This document shows, in pieces, positions 1 to 9,545 of a stretch of DNA of 64,000 bases. Below the pieces are notes generated by a model, which saw only the letters and a list, made by a program, of their open reading frames with translations, was not told the DNA's origin and did no database searches. Source of the DNA: an uncultured Pseudomonadota bacterium (lineage in GTDB: Bacteria > Oederibacteriota > Muellerivitia > Muellerivitales > Muellerivitaceae); assembly GCA_963770835.1 (NCBI GenBank), contig CAVYRH010000026.1:608001-672000 (forward strand), in the 5' to 3' direction. The translations under genes and the position numbers were made by a program. Numbering within the stretch: the first letter of the stretch is position 1; every line of letters begins with the position of its first letter.

Positions 1-639
1 CCCAAGGCCGCCAAGCCCATCCGCCGCCGCCTGCCGGATGAGCGGGAAGCCATCACCCACAAGTTCTCCATCGCCGGCCACGAGGGCTACATCACGGTCG
101 GCAAGTTCGAGGACGGCACCCCGGGCGAGCTTTTCATCACCATGTCCAAGGAAGGCTCCACGGTTTCCGGCCTCATGGATAGCTTCGCCACGGGCATCAG
201 CCTGGCGCTTCAATACGGCGTGCCGCTGAAGGTTTTGGTGAACAAGTTCAGCCACAGCCGCTACGAGCCCTCCGGCATCACCAACAACCCGGAAGTGCGC
301 TTCGCGAAATCCATCACCGACTACATCTTCCGCTGGCTGGCCCTGAAGTTCCTGCCCGCGGGGGAAAGGGGCGCCGCGGAAAACCATGACGCCATCGAAA
401 ACGCCCACGCGGCCAAGTCCACGGGTGTTATCGCGGCCCCGACCGCCCCGGCGGTGCACGGCCACGCCCACGCCCATCCGAAGGGTGCCGAAGAGACCAC
501 GGCGGCGGACAAACGCGACCAGGCCGTGTTCCAGACCCAGGCGGATGCCCCGCCTTGCCCGGAATGCGGGACGATCATGGTGCGCAACGCGGCTTGCTAT
601 AAGTGCCTGAACTGCGGAAGCACCAGCGGATGCTCCTGA
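1..639 (+). CDS. nrdJ: Class II (B12-dependent) ribonucleotide reductase, C-terminal part (TSCPD region + Zn-ribbon); 5' end outside the window
   Basis: Frame 1 is open from base 1: RRRLPDERE-AITHKFSIAGHEGYITVG..GELFI-MSKEGST..SLALQYGVPL..CPECG..CYKCLNCGSTSGCS*, the typical NrdJ tail. Confidence 0.92.
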   Translation, partial: PKAAKPIRRRLPDEREAITHKFSIAGHEGYITVGKFEDGTPGELFITMSKEGSTVSGLMDSFATGISLALQYGVPLKVLVNKFSHSRYEPSGITNNPEVRFAKSITDYIFRWLALKFLPAGERGAAENHDAIENAHAAKSTGVIAAPTAPAVHGHAHAHPKGAEETTAADKRDQAVFQTQADAPPCPECGTIMVRNAACYKCLNCGSTSGCS

Positions 640-681
640 GCCTGTTTTGGGTTCTAAGTCCTCGGTTTTAGTAGGGGTCAA

Positions 682-960
682 GTGACACCTAAGCCGGTTG
701 TTGGCTATACTCTTACCGAACACGCCCGTTGGGAAATGTCCCGAAGGGGCCTTTCGGAAGACCAGGTCCGCAAGGTTTTAGCCGACCCCGGCCAGCGCCA
801 TAATGTGAGGGAAGGAAGGGATGTTTTGCAGGCGAAATTCACCGAAAGTGGGCAGGATTTTTTGATCCGGGTATTCGTGGATGTGGATCGAAAACCCCAG
901 GAAATTGTCACCGCCTACCGGACCACCAAAGTTTCAAAGTATTGGAGTAAGGAACAATGA
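682..960 (+). CDS. DUF4258-like putative toxin
   Basis: TEHARWEMSRRGLSEDQVRKVL...IVTAY motif; overlaps the next gene (ATGA). Confidence 0.75.
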   Translation: MTPKPVVGYTLTEHARWEMSRRGLSEDQVRKVLADPGQRHNVREGRDVLQAKFTESGQDFLIRVFVDVDRKPQEIVTAYRTTKVSKYWSKEQ

Positions 961-1157
961 AAGTAAACTACGACTCAAAAACAGACACCCTTAGTGTGGT
1001 GTTGAACCCGAACACCCCCATCGCCGAAAGCGATGAATCCAAACCCGGGGTCATACTGGATTACGACGGCCAGGGTAACCTAGTTTCGCTGGAACTTTTG
1101 GATGCTTCCCACCGGGTTAGTGAAGCGAAAAAAATTGAGTTCGAGACCGTATCATAA
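957..1157 (+). CDS. DUF2283-like putative antitoxin
   Basis: MKVNYDSKTDTL...GVILDYDGQGNLVSLELLDAS. Confidence 0.85.
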   Translation: MKVNYDSKTDTLSVVLNPNTPIAESDESKPGVILDYDGQGNLVSLELLDASHRVSEAKKIEFETVS

Positions 1158-1168
1158 AAAGGCATTTT

Positions 1169-1272
1169 CCCAGGCGGATGCCCCGCCTTGCCCGGAATGC
1201 GGGACGATCATGGTGCGCAACGCGGCTTGCTATAAGTGCCTGAACTGCGGAAGCACCAGCGGATGTTCTTAA
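1169..1272 (+). repeat. Direct repeat of the nrdJ 3' end (copy 2)
   Basis: 1169-1265 is identical to 536-632 (97 nt); it then ends TGT TCT TAA versus TGC TCC TGA (synonymous). Confidence 0.97.
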
Positions 1273-1277
1273 GGGCA

Positions 1278-1382
1278 GTTTTGAGTTCTGAGTTCGAAGT
1301 TTTAAGTTGAGGATGGTTCCTGAAGGAAAAGCCTTCAGGAACTCACAACAATTTAAGATTCAAAATTTAGAATTCATAATTC
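1278..1382. repeat. Heptamer-repeat inverted element with a central perfect hairpin
   Basis: GTTTTGA/GTTCTGA/GTTCGAA/GTTTTAA on the left, complementary-type TTCAAAA/TTTAGAA/TTCATAA on the right, stem GTTCCTGAAGG-aaaag-CCTTCAGGAAC at 1316-1342. Confidence 0.6.
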
Positions 1383-1441
1383 GCGGTTTTTGCGACGGTT
1401 GATGTTCCTCATGCAATGAGGGGCAGCCGTAAATTAGGCCG

Positions 1442-1476
1442 AAGCCCCGTTCTCTTTGGAGAACGGGGCTTTTTTT
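1442..1476 (+). terminator. Rho-independent terminator
   Basis: AAGCCCCGTTCTC-tttg-GAGAACGGGGCTT followed by a T-run. Confidence 0.85.
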
Positions 1477-1635
1477 GTTCATGCCCCCTCTCGGGATTCT
1501 AAAGGGCTGAGCCCCCTTAGGTCTTTTGAAATGGGTACTCAGGGGGATTTTCCCCTAATGAGCGAACCGGGGATAGATGTTTTCGGTCAGTGGCCAATGG
1601 ACTATAATGGCTCAAATAAATAAAGGTTTGGCCCA

Positions 1636-1950
1636 ATGAGCCTGCACATTCCAATTGACCGTTCTAAAATTGAGGTCTTCTGCCAGAAATGGAAGATCAC
1701 TGAACTTTCATTTTTCGGGTCAGCCCTTCGGAACGACTTCCGCCCTGATAGTGACGTGGATGTTTTGGTGTCGTTCGCCTCCGACGAGAATTGGGACCTT
1801 TTCGACCACATGAGCATGGAAGAGGAACTGGCCGGGATTATTGGCCGGAGGGTTGACCTATTAACCCGCCGGTCGGTGGAACGAAGTGAAAACTGGATTC
1901 GCAGAAAATCCATCTTATCCGGCACCGAACCCTACTATGTCGCGGGATAA
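1636..1950 (+). CDS. Minimal nucleotidyltransferase (MNT) antitoxin
   Basis: FFGSALRNDFRPDSDVDVLV (GSx10DxD); overlaps the HEPN gene. Confidence 0.9.
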   Translation: MSLHIPIDRSKIEVFCQKWKITELSFFGSALRNDFRPDSDVDVLVSFASDENWDLFDHMSMEEELAGIIGRRVDLLTRRSVERSENWIRRKSILSGTEPYYVAG

Positions 1951-2272
1951 AGCCTTAGCCGCTGATATTCTTTTGGCGGCCCGCCAAGCCTTGCTATTCA
2001 TTCAAGGCATGACCCAAGAACAATTTTCTAAAGATTCCAAGACCCAAGCGGCTGTTCTCATGCAGTTGGTCATTATTGGGGAGGCCGTGAAAGGCCTTTC
2101 CGACGAGTTTCGGGCCACCTTGTCCAATATTCCTTGGAAAAAAGTCGCCGGAATGCGGGACAGGCTTATCCACGATTACCGTAATTGGGATTTTGAGGAA
2201 ATTTGGAGAACCATTCAAAACCGACTGCCGGAATTGGTTGAAACACTCGAAAAAAACGAGAAAGACGGTTAA
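1937..2272 (+). CDS. HEPN/DUF86 (HepT-like) ribonuclease toxin
   Basis: IIGEAVK...IPWKKVAGMRDRLIHDY (RxxxxHxY); ATG at 1937. Confidence 0.9.
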   Translation: MSRDKALAADILLAARQALLFIQGMTQEQFSKDSKTQAAVLMQLVIIGEAVKGLSDEFRATLSNIPWKKVAGMRDRLIHDYRNWDFEEIWRTIQNRLPELVETLEKNEKDG

Positions 2273-2346
2273 CGGAATAAAGGGCCTAACCCCCTTGGTT
2301 TTTCCCATGGGGTATAATCAAAACACTTTCGAGAGAGGCACTCCCC

Positions 2347-2670
2347 ATGGGCATCAGTGAGGATGTGGTTCAAAAAATAGTCCGGCGGATCCTGAAGGTT
2401 TATAAAGCCGATAAGATCATCCTGTTCGGCTCCGCCGCGAACGGGCGCATGACCCGGGACAGCGATATCGACCTGTTGGTCGTCAAGAAAAAGGTCAAGG
2501 ACCGGCTTGTCGAAAGCGTCAAAATCGACGGCGCCTTGGTTGGTTTGGGTTATCCCCTCGACATCATCGTCATGCCGCTGGAGAGGTTCGAGGAAACTAA
2601 GAACCATATCGGCGGTCTTGCTTATCCTGCGAACAAGTATGGAAAAGTCATTTATGCGAAAGTCGCTTGA
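2347..2670 (+). CDS. Nucleotidyltransferase domain protein (orphan MNT)
   Basis: KIILFGSAANGRMTRDSDIDLLVV. Confidence 0.85.
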   Translation: MGISEDVVQKIVRRILKVYKADKIILFGSAANGRMTRDSDIDLLVVKKKVKDRLVESVKIDGALVGLGYPLDIIVMPLERFEETKNHIGGLAYPANKYGKVIYAKVA

Positions 2671-2715
2671 TGGGCGGCATGAAAAGGGTGTTTCAGAACG
2701 GTGCGGGGAGAGGTT

Positions 2716-2975
2716 ATGCCGCGAATCTGTGAATTTTTGGGATCATCATCACCATGTATTACAACGATCATTCCCCGGCCCATTTTCATGCGGCTTACGG
2801 CGGGTTCGAGGCGGTTTATAGGATCGATACCCTGGAAATCATAAAGGGCGGGTTGCCCCGCAGGCCAAACGCCCTGGTTTTGGAATGGGCGGCCCAACAC
2901 CGGGCGGAATTGATGGGCGATTGGGAAAAGGCTCGGGAAGGGGCCGCTTTGGCCCCCATCGAGCCGTTGGAGTAG
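2716..2975 (+). pseudogene. DUF4160-family protein with a 1-nt frameshift near the N-terminus (possibly a sequencing error)
   Basis: ATG 2716 MPRICEF is out of frame with GIIITMYYNDHSPAHFHAAY; one more T in the T5 run at 2734-2738 restores MPRICEFFGIIITMYYNDH. Confidence 0.75.
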
Positions 2976-2984
2976 GAGGGAAAG

Positions 2985-3266
2985 ATGGAAAATCTACCAC
3001 GGGTAAAAACAGTGAAGATACTTGAGAAATACAAAGTTCTCTTGGAATTTACGGATGGCGCTCGGCGGGAAGTGGATTTAAAGCCTTACCTGAGAGGCCC
3101 CATTTTCGAACCCCTGCAAAAAAACGAGGAAATGTTTCGAACGGTCCGGGTGGACCCCCAATTGGGAACGCTGGTTTGGGACAACGGGGCCGATATGGAC
3201 CCGGATGTGCTTTATGGAACGCACCAACCCGCGTGGATGGAAAAACCGACCGCCACTAAGAAGTGA
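2985..3266 (+). CDS. DUF2442-family protein (partner of DUF4160)
   Basis: LLEFTDGARREVDL..GPIFEPL..GTLVWDNGADMDPDVLY. Confidence 0.88.
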   Translation: MENLPRVKTVKILEKYKVLLEFTDGARREVDLKPYLRGPIFEPLQKNEEMFRTVRVDPQLGTLVWDNGADMDPDVLYGTHQPAWMEKPTATKK

Positions 3267-3281
3267 GGCGGGAAAGACATC

Positions 3282-3359
3282 GAACGCGGGACGATCATGG
3301 TTCGCAACGCGGCTTGCTATAAGTGGCTCAACTGCAGCTCCACGAGTGGATGCTCCTGA
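3282..3359 (+). repeat. Diverged direct repeat of the nrdJ 3' end (copy 3)
   Basis: Aligns without gaps to 562-639, about 10 mismatches in 78 nt, several synonymous; followed by a terminator (3422-3455) related to the one at 1442. Confidence 0.93.
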
Positions 3360-3476
3360 TTTTCTGGGAGCGCCGTTCGACCTGATCTAATTGTTCCCCT
3401 CAACGGGGGCAATGATGACCGAAACCCCGCTCTCGTAACTGAGGGCGGTTTTTTTGTTTAAGATGAGGTTATAAAC

Positions 3477-4361
3477 ATGAGTAATTTAGAAAATATTAAG
3501 TGGCCTAATAATCCCTTTCGCGCTTTCCACGATGCAAATGAAATTCAAAAATACTTTGATGAAATGCTTCAAAACTATCTGCCTTTTTGTCAAAATTCCC
3601 ATAAATTTTTAAAAGAAATCGAAGTGGACCCAATGGCCTGCTTATGGGAGGTGTATTTAGCCAAAGTCATGCTAGAAAAAGGATTTCGATTGGAAAAAGC
3701 CCCGCCAAAAGGGCCCGATATAAAAGTCCTCTTGGATAATAAAAAACTACTTTGGATTGAAGCAGTTGCAGTTGATGGCGATGATCGCGTACGAACAGAT
3801 TTTTCTCCCAATGGTGGAGTGGACGAAGAAGGCTATTTATTGAGGTTAACAAGTGGGATCCGTGATAAAAAAAAGAAAATCATAGGCTACATAAAAGATG
3901 GTGTGGTTGGTCCAGATGATTTTTGTGTAATTGCAATCAACACTGGGAAGTTTAGATTTTTTGGGGGAAGTGGACCTTATTATCCAGCAATAGCGAAAGT
4001 AGCATATATGATCGGTCGATTCTCCGTTAAATGGCCGATTGAAGATGGTAAGGCAGTTGGAGAACCCGAGGGTTTTCATCCGCGACGGCTAAGTATATTA
4101 AAAAAGGGAAAAGTTCCAATTTCATCTAATTTATTTTCGCAAGATGAATATAAACCCATTAGTGCCTTCATTTACTCGGGTCAAAATTTTGGACTCTCAA
4201 AAAACGGCGAAAATATAACAACTGCTTATAACCCATTAGCAACTAACAAGCTAAATGAGGAGTTATTCAAATTTGGTAAGCGTTGCTTTGTCAGTGAGAA
4301 CCACGTTTTGTATGAGAAATATGAAAATGGAAAATGGATTCATCATGAGAGCGGTTTTTAA
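3477..4361 (+). CDS. Low-GC hypothetical protein, possible PD-(D/E)xK nuclease fold
   Basis: 294-aa ORF, AT-rich relative to its flanks; WEVYLA..GPDIKV..LWIEAV motif. Confidence 0.65.
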   Translation: MSNLENIKWPNNPFRAFHDANEIQKYFDEMLQNYLPFCQNSHKFLKEIEVDPMACLWEVYLAKVMLEKGFRLEKAPPKGPDIKVLLDNKKLLWIEAVAVDGDDRVRTDFSPNGGVDEEGYLLRLTSGIRDKKKKIIGYIKDGVVGPDDFCVIAINTGKFRFFGGSGPYYPAIAKVAYMIGRFSVKWPIEDGKAVGEPEGFHPRRLSILKKGKVPISSNLFSQDEYKPISAFIYSGQNFGLSKNGENITTAYNPLATNKLNEELFKFGKRCFVSENHVLYEKYENGKWIHHESGF

Positions 4362-4374
4362 TGAACAGACCTAG

Positions 4375-4444
4375 GGGTCAGGCCTTGAATTCGGCAACTA
4401 GGTGATTTGCGATGTTTTTTGGTGCCGTTTTCAAGACCTGACCC
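4375..4444. mobile_element. Miniature inverted-repeat element resembling RAYT element ends
   Basis: GGGTCAGGCCTTGAA ... TTCAAGACCTGACCC (14/15 IR); shares GGGTCAGGCCT with 57904. Confidence 0.7.
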
Positions 4445-4549
4445 TGATTCGCACGGCTTGGCCAACGACAAGCGCGGCCAGGCCGTTTTTAAGTACAAGC
4501 ACCAGAATATGCTTTAATATCTCTGATACATAACGAGGGAGATATTTAA

Positions 4550-6916
4550 TTGTTCAAAAGGTATTCCAAAAGTCACTTCCCGAAGGTGTTTTTTCCCATC
4601 TTCTTCCTATCCGGTCCTCTCTTCGCTTTATCCCTTTTTGACAACACACCAACCCCCATTACGAATGGAAAAACCCTGGTTTTGGCCGTGGCCCTTTTCC
4701 AATCAAAAGAGGGGACCGGGGAAGCCCGTGAAATACAGGAGAAAATCTCCGAAGAGTTCAACAAGGATACCAATATCCAAGTCATCAAGCTTTCGAGGCC
4801 GGTTTCCATGGGCCCCGATCTTCAACTGGAAACCCAGTTGGCCGATGCCGAACAAATACTTGACCAAACCAAGGCAGACCTCCTGATTTGGGGAAATCAA
4901 AACGACCGGCCTTTTGGGGGGAAGTGGAATATTTATTTTTCCGTCTCCAACCGGATCAAAAACGAGGTGAGGGAAGAGGGCTTTGCCATGCACGGGCCGG
5001 GTTACCTGAGCGGGGTCGCCCAGATCGACACGCCCCAGATCGTCCGTTGGATCGTGACGGGGTGGTCGGGTTTGGCCGATAAGGCCAGGGGAATGGACAT
5101 TTCAGGGGAACTTCGGGGGCTGACGGTCAAAATCTATTCCCTCCTCGGGACCGCCCAACAAAAGGATTGGGACCCCCGAACCCTGCGGGGGTTGCGGAAA
5201 AGCCTAAGCTACCCCCTTTGCGAATACGCCAACGAGACCCACGACATCCCAACGCTCCAGAAGGCCGTTATGTTGATGCGGCAGATCGGTGAAAGTTACC
5301 CCAGCTCGGAACATTTGGGCGAGTGGGCCGGTGACGAAGAGATGCTGGCGGTGATGCTGGAGGCGCTGGGGGAGGCGGAAGACAATCCAAAGGACCTGCT
5401 GGATTCGGTCAAGGCGATTAAAGCCTCGATGTCCTATTTCAAAAAAACCCCTTTCTTATTCCAGCTGGCTGGGATGGAGGTCAACCTGGGCAATTCCCTG
5501 GAAAGACTGGGGGAGAGGCAAAACGACGGCGAACTTATACAAGAGGCGATCCAGGCCTATGAAACGGGGTTGAAAATAATTTCGCCGGGCCATCACGGTT
5601 CCGAATGGATGAACCTCCAAAACGGGCTCGGTGTCGCCTTTGAGAACCTTGGCGAAAGAAGAAATGATGAGAAGGATTTCCGGGAATCCTTGAAGCATCA
5701 CTTGGCGGCCTTGAAGGAGGCGAAGTCTTCCCTCGCCCCCCTGGATGTCGCCATGATGCAGGTGAATACCGCTGCCGTCTATATGCGCCTGGCCCAGCAA
5801 AAAAACGACCTTCAACCGGCGAAGAAAGCCGTGGAGCTCAGCCAGGAGGCGGTAACGGCCTACCGCCAGGTCCATTATCCCTATGCCTTGGCCACGGCCT
5901 TGAGCAACTTGGGGTGCCAACAAATGACACTCGCCAGCATCAAAAATAACGACCCCCTAGTTTTGAACCAGGCCCTGGCCTCCATGAAGGAATCCATTGA
6001 AACCCTCCCCAAGGACCAAAACCCCCTGCTTTGGGCCAATACCCGGAACAACATGGGAATCATTTCCAGGCTTCTGGCGGCAAAGGATTTGGACCGTGGA
6101 AAATTGCTGGACGATCTCCAAGACTTGGACGATGTCCAAACCGTCAACCAAAAGGCAACCATGCCCCAGTTATGGGCCAGCGCGGAGGAACAAAGAGCAA
6201 CCATTTATGGCCTTTTGACGGAGGCTTATTGCGATCCAGCCGACGCCAAGATGGGTGAAAAGCATCTCCAGGATCTTTTCGAAGTCTTGGGGGCCGACCA
6301 TAGCACCGCCCTCTGGATTGAGGCCGAATATGACCTGGGGCTTCTCCATGTTTACGAGGGCTGGCAAACCCAGGACAAGGCCATTTTGGAGAATGGGATC
6401 GGGCGGCTGGAAGAGGCCATTACCCTGACGGATGCCCACAGCCTGGATAAATGCGGTTACCAAAGCGACCTTTGCGAAGCCTATGCGGACCGGCTAGCGC
6501 TGGATTCAGACCCGGTACTCTTGGCCAAGGCCCAGGCCTTAATGGAGGTTTTTCAGAAAGATTGCGAAAACCCTAACAGGATCCAGTCCCGGGGGGAACA
6601 TTGGATGAATACGGGAGCATTGGAAAACATTTTGGGGAAAATCAAAAAAGACCCAAAGGAAATTTTGGAAGCAAAGGATTGGGTGGAGAAGGGGCTGAAG
6701 ATGTATGAGAGCGGCGGTTTTCGTTTCCACGCCGCCAAAGCCCAAATGATCCTTGGCGACATCGACCGCAATTTGGTGGAAATGGGGCGCCAGCCCACAA
6801 CGGAGGCCATCCAACAATATTCCTCGGCCCAAACAATCTTGAAATCCTACAGCCCCTTTTGGGACCAATTGCTAGAAAAGAAAATTCAAGAAACAAAGGA
6901 TGTCGCTTCTAAATGA
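4550..6916 (+). CDS. Large TPR-repeat protein with N-terminal hydrophobic signal
   Basis: Repeated W/LA-x-x-x-N(N)LG-x-A-L helical units; 788-aa ORF; start codon uncertain (TTG). Confidence 0.8.
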   Translation: MFKRYSKSHFPKVFFPIFFLSGPLFALSLFDNTPTPITNGKTLVLAVALFQSKEGTGEAREIQEKISEEFNKDTNIQVIKLSRPVSMGPDLQLETQLADAEQILDQTKADLLIWGNQNDRPFGGKWNIYFSVSNRIKNEVREEGFAMHGPGYLSGVAQIDTPQIVRWIVTGWSGLADKARGMDISGELRGLTVKIYSLLGTAQQKDWDPRTLRGLRKSLSYPLCEYANETHDIPTLQKAVMLMRQIGESYPSSEHLGEWAGDEEMLAVMLEALGEAEDNPKDLLDSVKAIKASMSYFKKTPFLFQLAGMEVNLGNSLERLGERQNDGELIQEAIQAYETGLKIISPGHHGSEWMNLQNGLGVAFENLGERRNDEKDFRESLKHHLAALKEAKSSLAPLDVAMMQVNTAAVYMRLAQQKNDLQPAKKAVELSQEAVTAYRQVHYPYALATALSNLGCQQMTLASIKNNDPLVLNQALASMKESIETLPKDQNPLLWANTRNNMGIISRLLAAKDLDRGKLLDDLQDLDDVQTVNQKATMPQLWASAEEQRATIYGLLTEAYCDPADAKMGEKHLQDLFEVLGADHSTALWIEAEYDLGLLHVYEGWQTQDKAILENGIGRLEEAITLTDAHSLDKCGYQSDLCEAYADRLALDSDPVLLAKAQALMEVFQKDCENPNRIQSRGEHWMNTGALENILGKIKKDPKEILEAKDWVEKGLKMYESGGFRFHAAKAQMILGDIDRNLVEMGRQPTTEAIQQYSSAQTILKSYSPFWDQLLEKKIQETKDVASK

Positions 6917-6950
6917 AAAGAACAAAGGGGTCACCATTCTCGATTTTGGT

Positions 6951-7012
6951 CGAAATAAAAAGAACCCGACTGGGGAACCAGCCGGGTTCTTTTGTTTTTA
7001 CCGCAAGCCGCC
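6951..7012. repeat. Oriented hairpin repeat R1
   Basis: CGAAATAAAAAGAACCCGAC-loop-GCCGGGTTCTTTTGTTTTTACCGC. Confidence 0.9.
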
Positions 7013-7202
7013 AACCTTCGCTAAAGCTTCTCCCCACGCTCTCCGAGCTCTGGGAGACAGGTCGGAGGGCAGGCCGTAATGGCCCTCCCCAGCCGCAAAA
7101 CCCAGGCCGTCAGGCCCTATCCGGCAAATTCCTTGATCGGCTTTCGATGGCCCACTAAGATTAAATCCGTTTCCCAATCCAAAGGCCCCCTGAATTAAAC
7201 CT

Positions 7203-8549
7203 ATGTCCGTTCAATGCGCCATCTGCAAAAGAGAGTCCGAAGCCGAAAAGGCGTTCGCCTGCCGGGGCGGCAAGGGAGGACAGGGCGATCCGTCCCGAAA
7301 AGTTTGTTTTTGCCAGGAATGCCTGATGAAGAAAAGGATCCGGCATGCCAAGTGGCAGATTTGGGCATACCCTTCATTGCTGGTATTGGGTTTCCTGGGG
7401 ACCTTGGTGAACGCCCAAAACCGGTTCCTCTGGTACGCGGAATTCCTGGGCCTCTACTATGTCTTTCATATTCTCCTGATTTTGCCCCATGAGTGGGGCC
7501 ATGCCTTCGCCTCCCGCCTCCAGGAGAGAAAGGTCTTCCGGATCACCGTGGGTTTCGGGCGGACCGTGGCTAAGTTCCGGATTTTCGGAATCCCCACCGA
7601 GTTCAAGCAATACCCCATGGGCGGGAGCACCCTCTCGGGCCCGGGAAACCGGAAACATTACAGGCTCCAACACGCCATTACCGTCATGGGCGGTCCCGCC
7701 ATGAACCTGTTGATTGGGGCCGCCGCGTTTTTATTGTTCCTCTTAGTGGCGGCTTCTGGGGGCGGTGTCGACCCTCCCTGGATCGGGGCACGTTGGAACC
7801 AACCCTTCTGGACTTCGACGCTCCTCAACCTGCTCGTCACCCTCGCCTTCACGAGCCTCGTTATGCTCCTCTCGAACCTATGGCCCCATATCCTTCGAAC
7901 CCCCCAAGGGCCCATTCCCAACGACGGGATGCAGCTGTGGAAGGCCCCCTTTTTGAAGCTCGACGAGGTTGAGAAGCAGCTCGCGGGCAGGTACGCCGGC
8001 GTGCTGAACGAGGAAATGGCGGACGCCGGGGACCTGGCGCGGGCGCGCGAATTTTTCAAGGCGGTCCTCATCGTTTCGCCGGAAGACCCCGTGATTTTAA
8101 GCAGTTACGGGCTCCTGCTCCTGAAGGAAAGGGACTACGCGGGGGCCCGGGCCCTCTTCCAAAATCTGTCGGCCCGGGAGAACCTGGAGCCGGCCTTGAA
8201 ATACCTCTTCCTGAACAATTTGGCCTGGGCCGATTATTTGACCGGGGACCCGGAATTGCTGAAAGAGGCGGACGAAGCCTCGGCCCAGGCCTACCAAAAC
8301 CTTTTTTGGATCACCCCGATCAAGGGGACCCGGGGGGCCGTGTTGCTGGCTTTGGGCCGGGTGGAGGAGGCCGTTCCTTTCCTGAAGGAAGCCTTGGAGC
8401 AAAACCAAACGGCCGGGAACCAGGCCCTAAACGCCTGCATGCTCGCCATGGCCGAGAAGAAGCGGGGGAACCCGGAGGAGGCCCGGAAATACCTGGAGCT
8501 GGCCCGGAAGCTCGACCCGGATTGCGCCCTGCTCGAAAGGGCCTCCTAA
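7203..8549 (+). CDS. M50 (site-2) membrane metalloprotease with C-terminal TPRs
   Basis: HEWGH, GGPAMN and NLWP..NDG motifs, TM segments, N-terminal CxxC..CxxC, TPR tail. Confidence 0.88.
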   Translation: MSVQCAICKRESEAEKAFACRGGKGGQGDPSRKVCFCQECLMKKRIRHAKWQIWAYPSLLVLGFLGTLVNAQNRFLWYAEFLGLYYVFHILLILPHEWGHAFASRLQERKVFRITVGFGRTVAKFRIFGIPTEFKQYPMGGSTLSGPGNRKHYRLQHAITVMGGPAMNLLIGAAAFLLFLLVAASGGGVDPPWIGARWNQPFWTSTLLNLLVTLAFTSLVMLLSNLWPHILRTPQGPIPNDGMQLWKAPFLKLDEVEKQLAGRYAGVLNEEMADAGDLARAREFFKAVLIVSPEDPVILSSYGLLLLKERDYAGARALFQNLSARENLEPALKYLFLNNLAWADYLTGDPELLKEADEASAQAYQNLFWITPIKGTRGAVLLALGRVEEAVPFLKEALEQNQTAGNQALNACMLAMAEKKRGNPEEARKYLELARKLDPDCALLERAS

Positions 8550-9379
8550 ACGATCCGTCCTGCCGCAACGGGCCACCTCAAAATAGCCTCCACCCCTCGG
8601 ATCATTGGGTTCAGCGTAGGACAGGCTGTTCGCGCCTTTCAAGGGCCGAGGGCAAGGAACCCCCCCAAAAAATACGGCAAGAGCGGTATTACTTTTGAAA
8701 TGAGGTTGTCCAAGATGGGACCCTTTGTGGACAGCGTGCCAGCGAAGGTTTGCAGAGCCAGCAGGTGAGGGAGTAGGTCGAGGAGGGCCAGCCCAAGTCC
8801 TGACCAGGTAATCGCCAGAGAGCCTGGAAGTCAGCCCCCGGCGTAGGGCCGAGAGGTCCTGCCCGAAACGGGGTCATAAACCTCATTTGGTGAGGGAACA
8901 ATTCAGCAGTCCGCAACATCAAGTGAATCTTGCCGCGTCGTGAAAGGGACACCGAAAGGTGCAAGAGGATGCCGAGCCGCGTGTCTACCGGCGAAGGCTA
9001 TTATCCCGCTAAAGAATCTGGAGCAAGCGGGGCAAATCCTCCGGCGTATGGGGAACGGAATGTTGGAAAGGCTATGCAAGCAACCTGGGAGATCCTACCC
9101 GCCAAAAGACTTGCCGCTATAAGGCTAAAACCGAAAAGTGGTAAGGGCGAGAGGAAGTCGGAGGGGGTCACACTACCGCTGAAGGGTGGACAACAAAACC
9201 ACCTGGAGGGAAGGACCCCTGCTTCAACCAAGCAACCGGAAAAGGGAGGCGCTGGAGCATGCCCCAAAAGGCCAACAACTGATATGAATGAGCCAGTCAA
9301 GCCCGCTGGTTTTTCCTTTGGTTTTATCCTACTCTTTTCCACCTCAAGGCCCTGCGAAAAGCCCTGATCTCGAAAGCCC

Positions 9380-9545
9380 GGCTTGTTTCGACGATGAATC
9401 AAACTGATATTCGCGTGTTAGACCCATTGCTGGTTCCAGGGACGCAAGATTTTCATTCGTCGGGAGCTGCCTCGATCTCTGATCGTGGGTCGTCGCAGGC
9501 TTAGGCCTTTGCGCCACAGAGTTGTACCGAGGGTTCTCCAAATCG
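9380..9545 (-). ncRNA. Candidate bridge/seek RNA in the IS 3' non-coding region
   Basis: About 300 bp non-coding downstream of the transposase, containing four short segments that match the target and donor halves around the CT core; RNA boundaries approximate. Confidence 0.7.
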
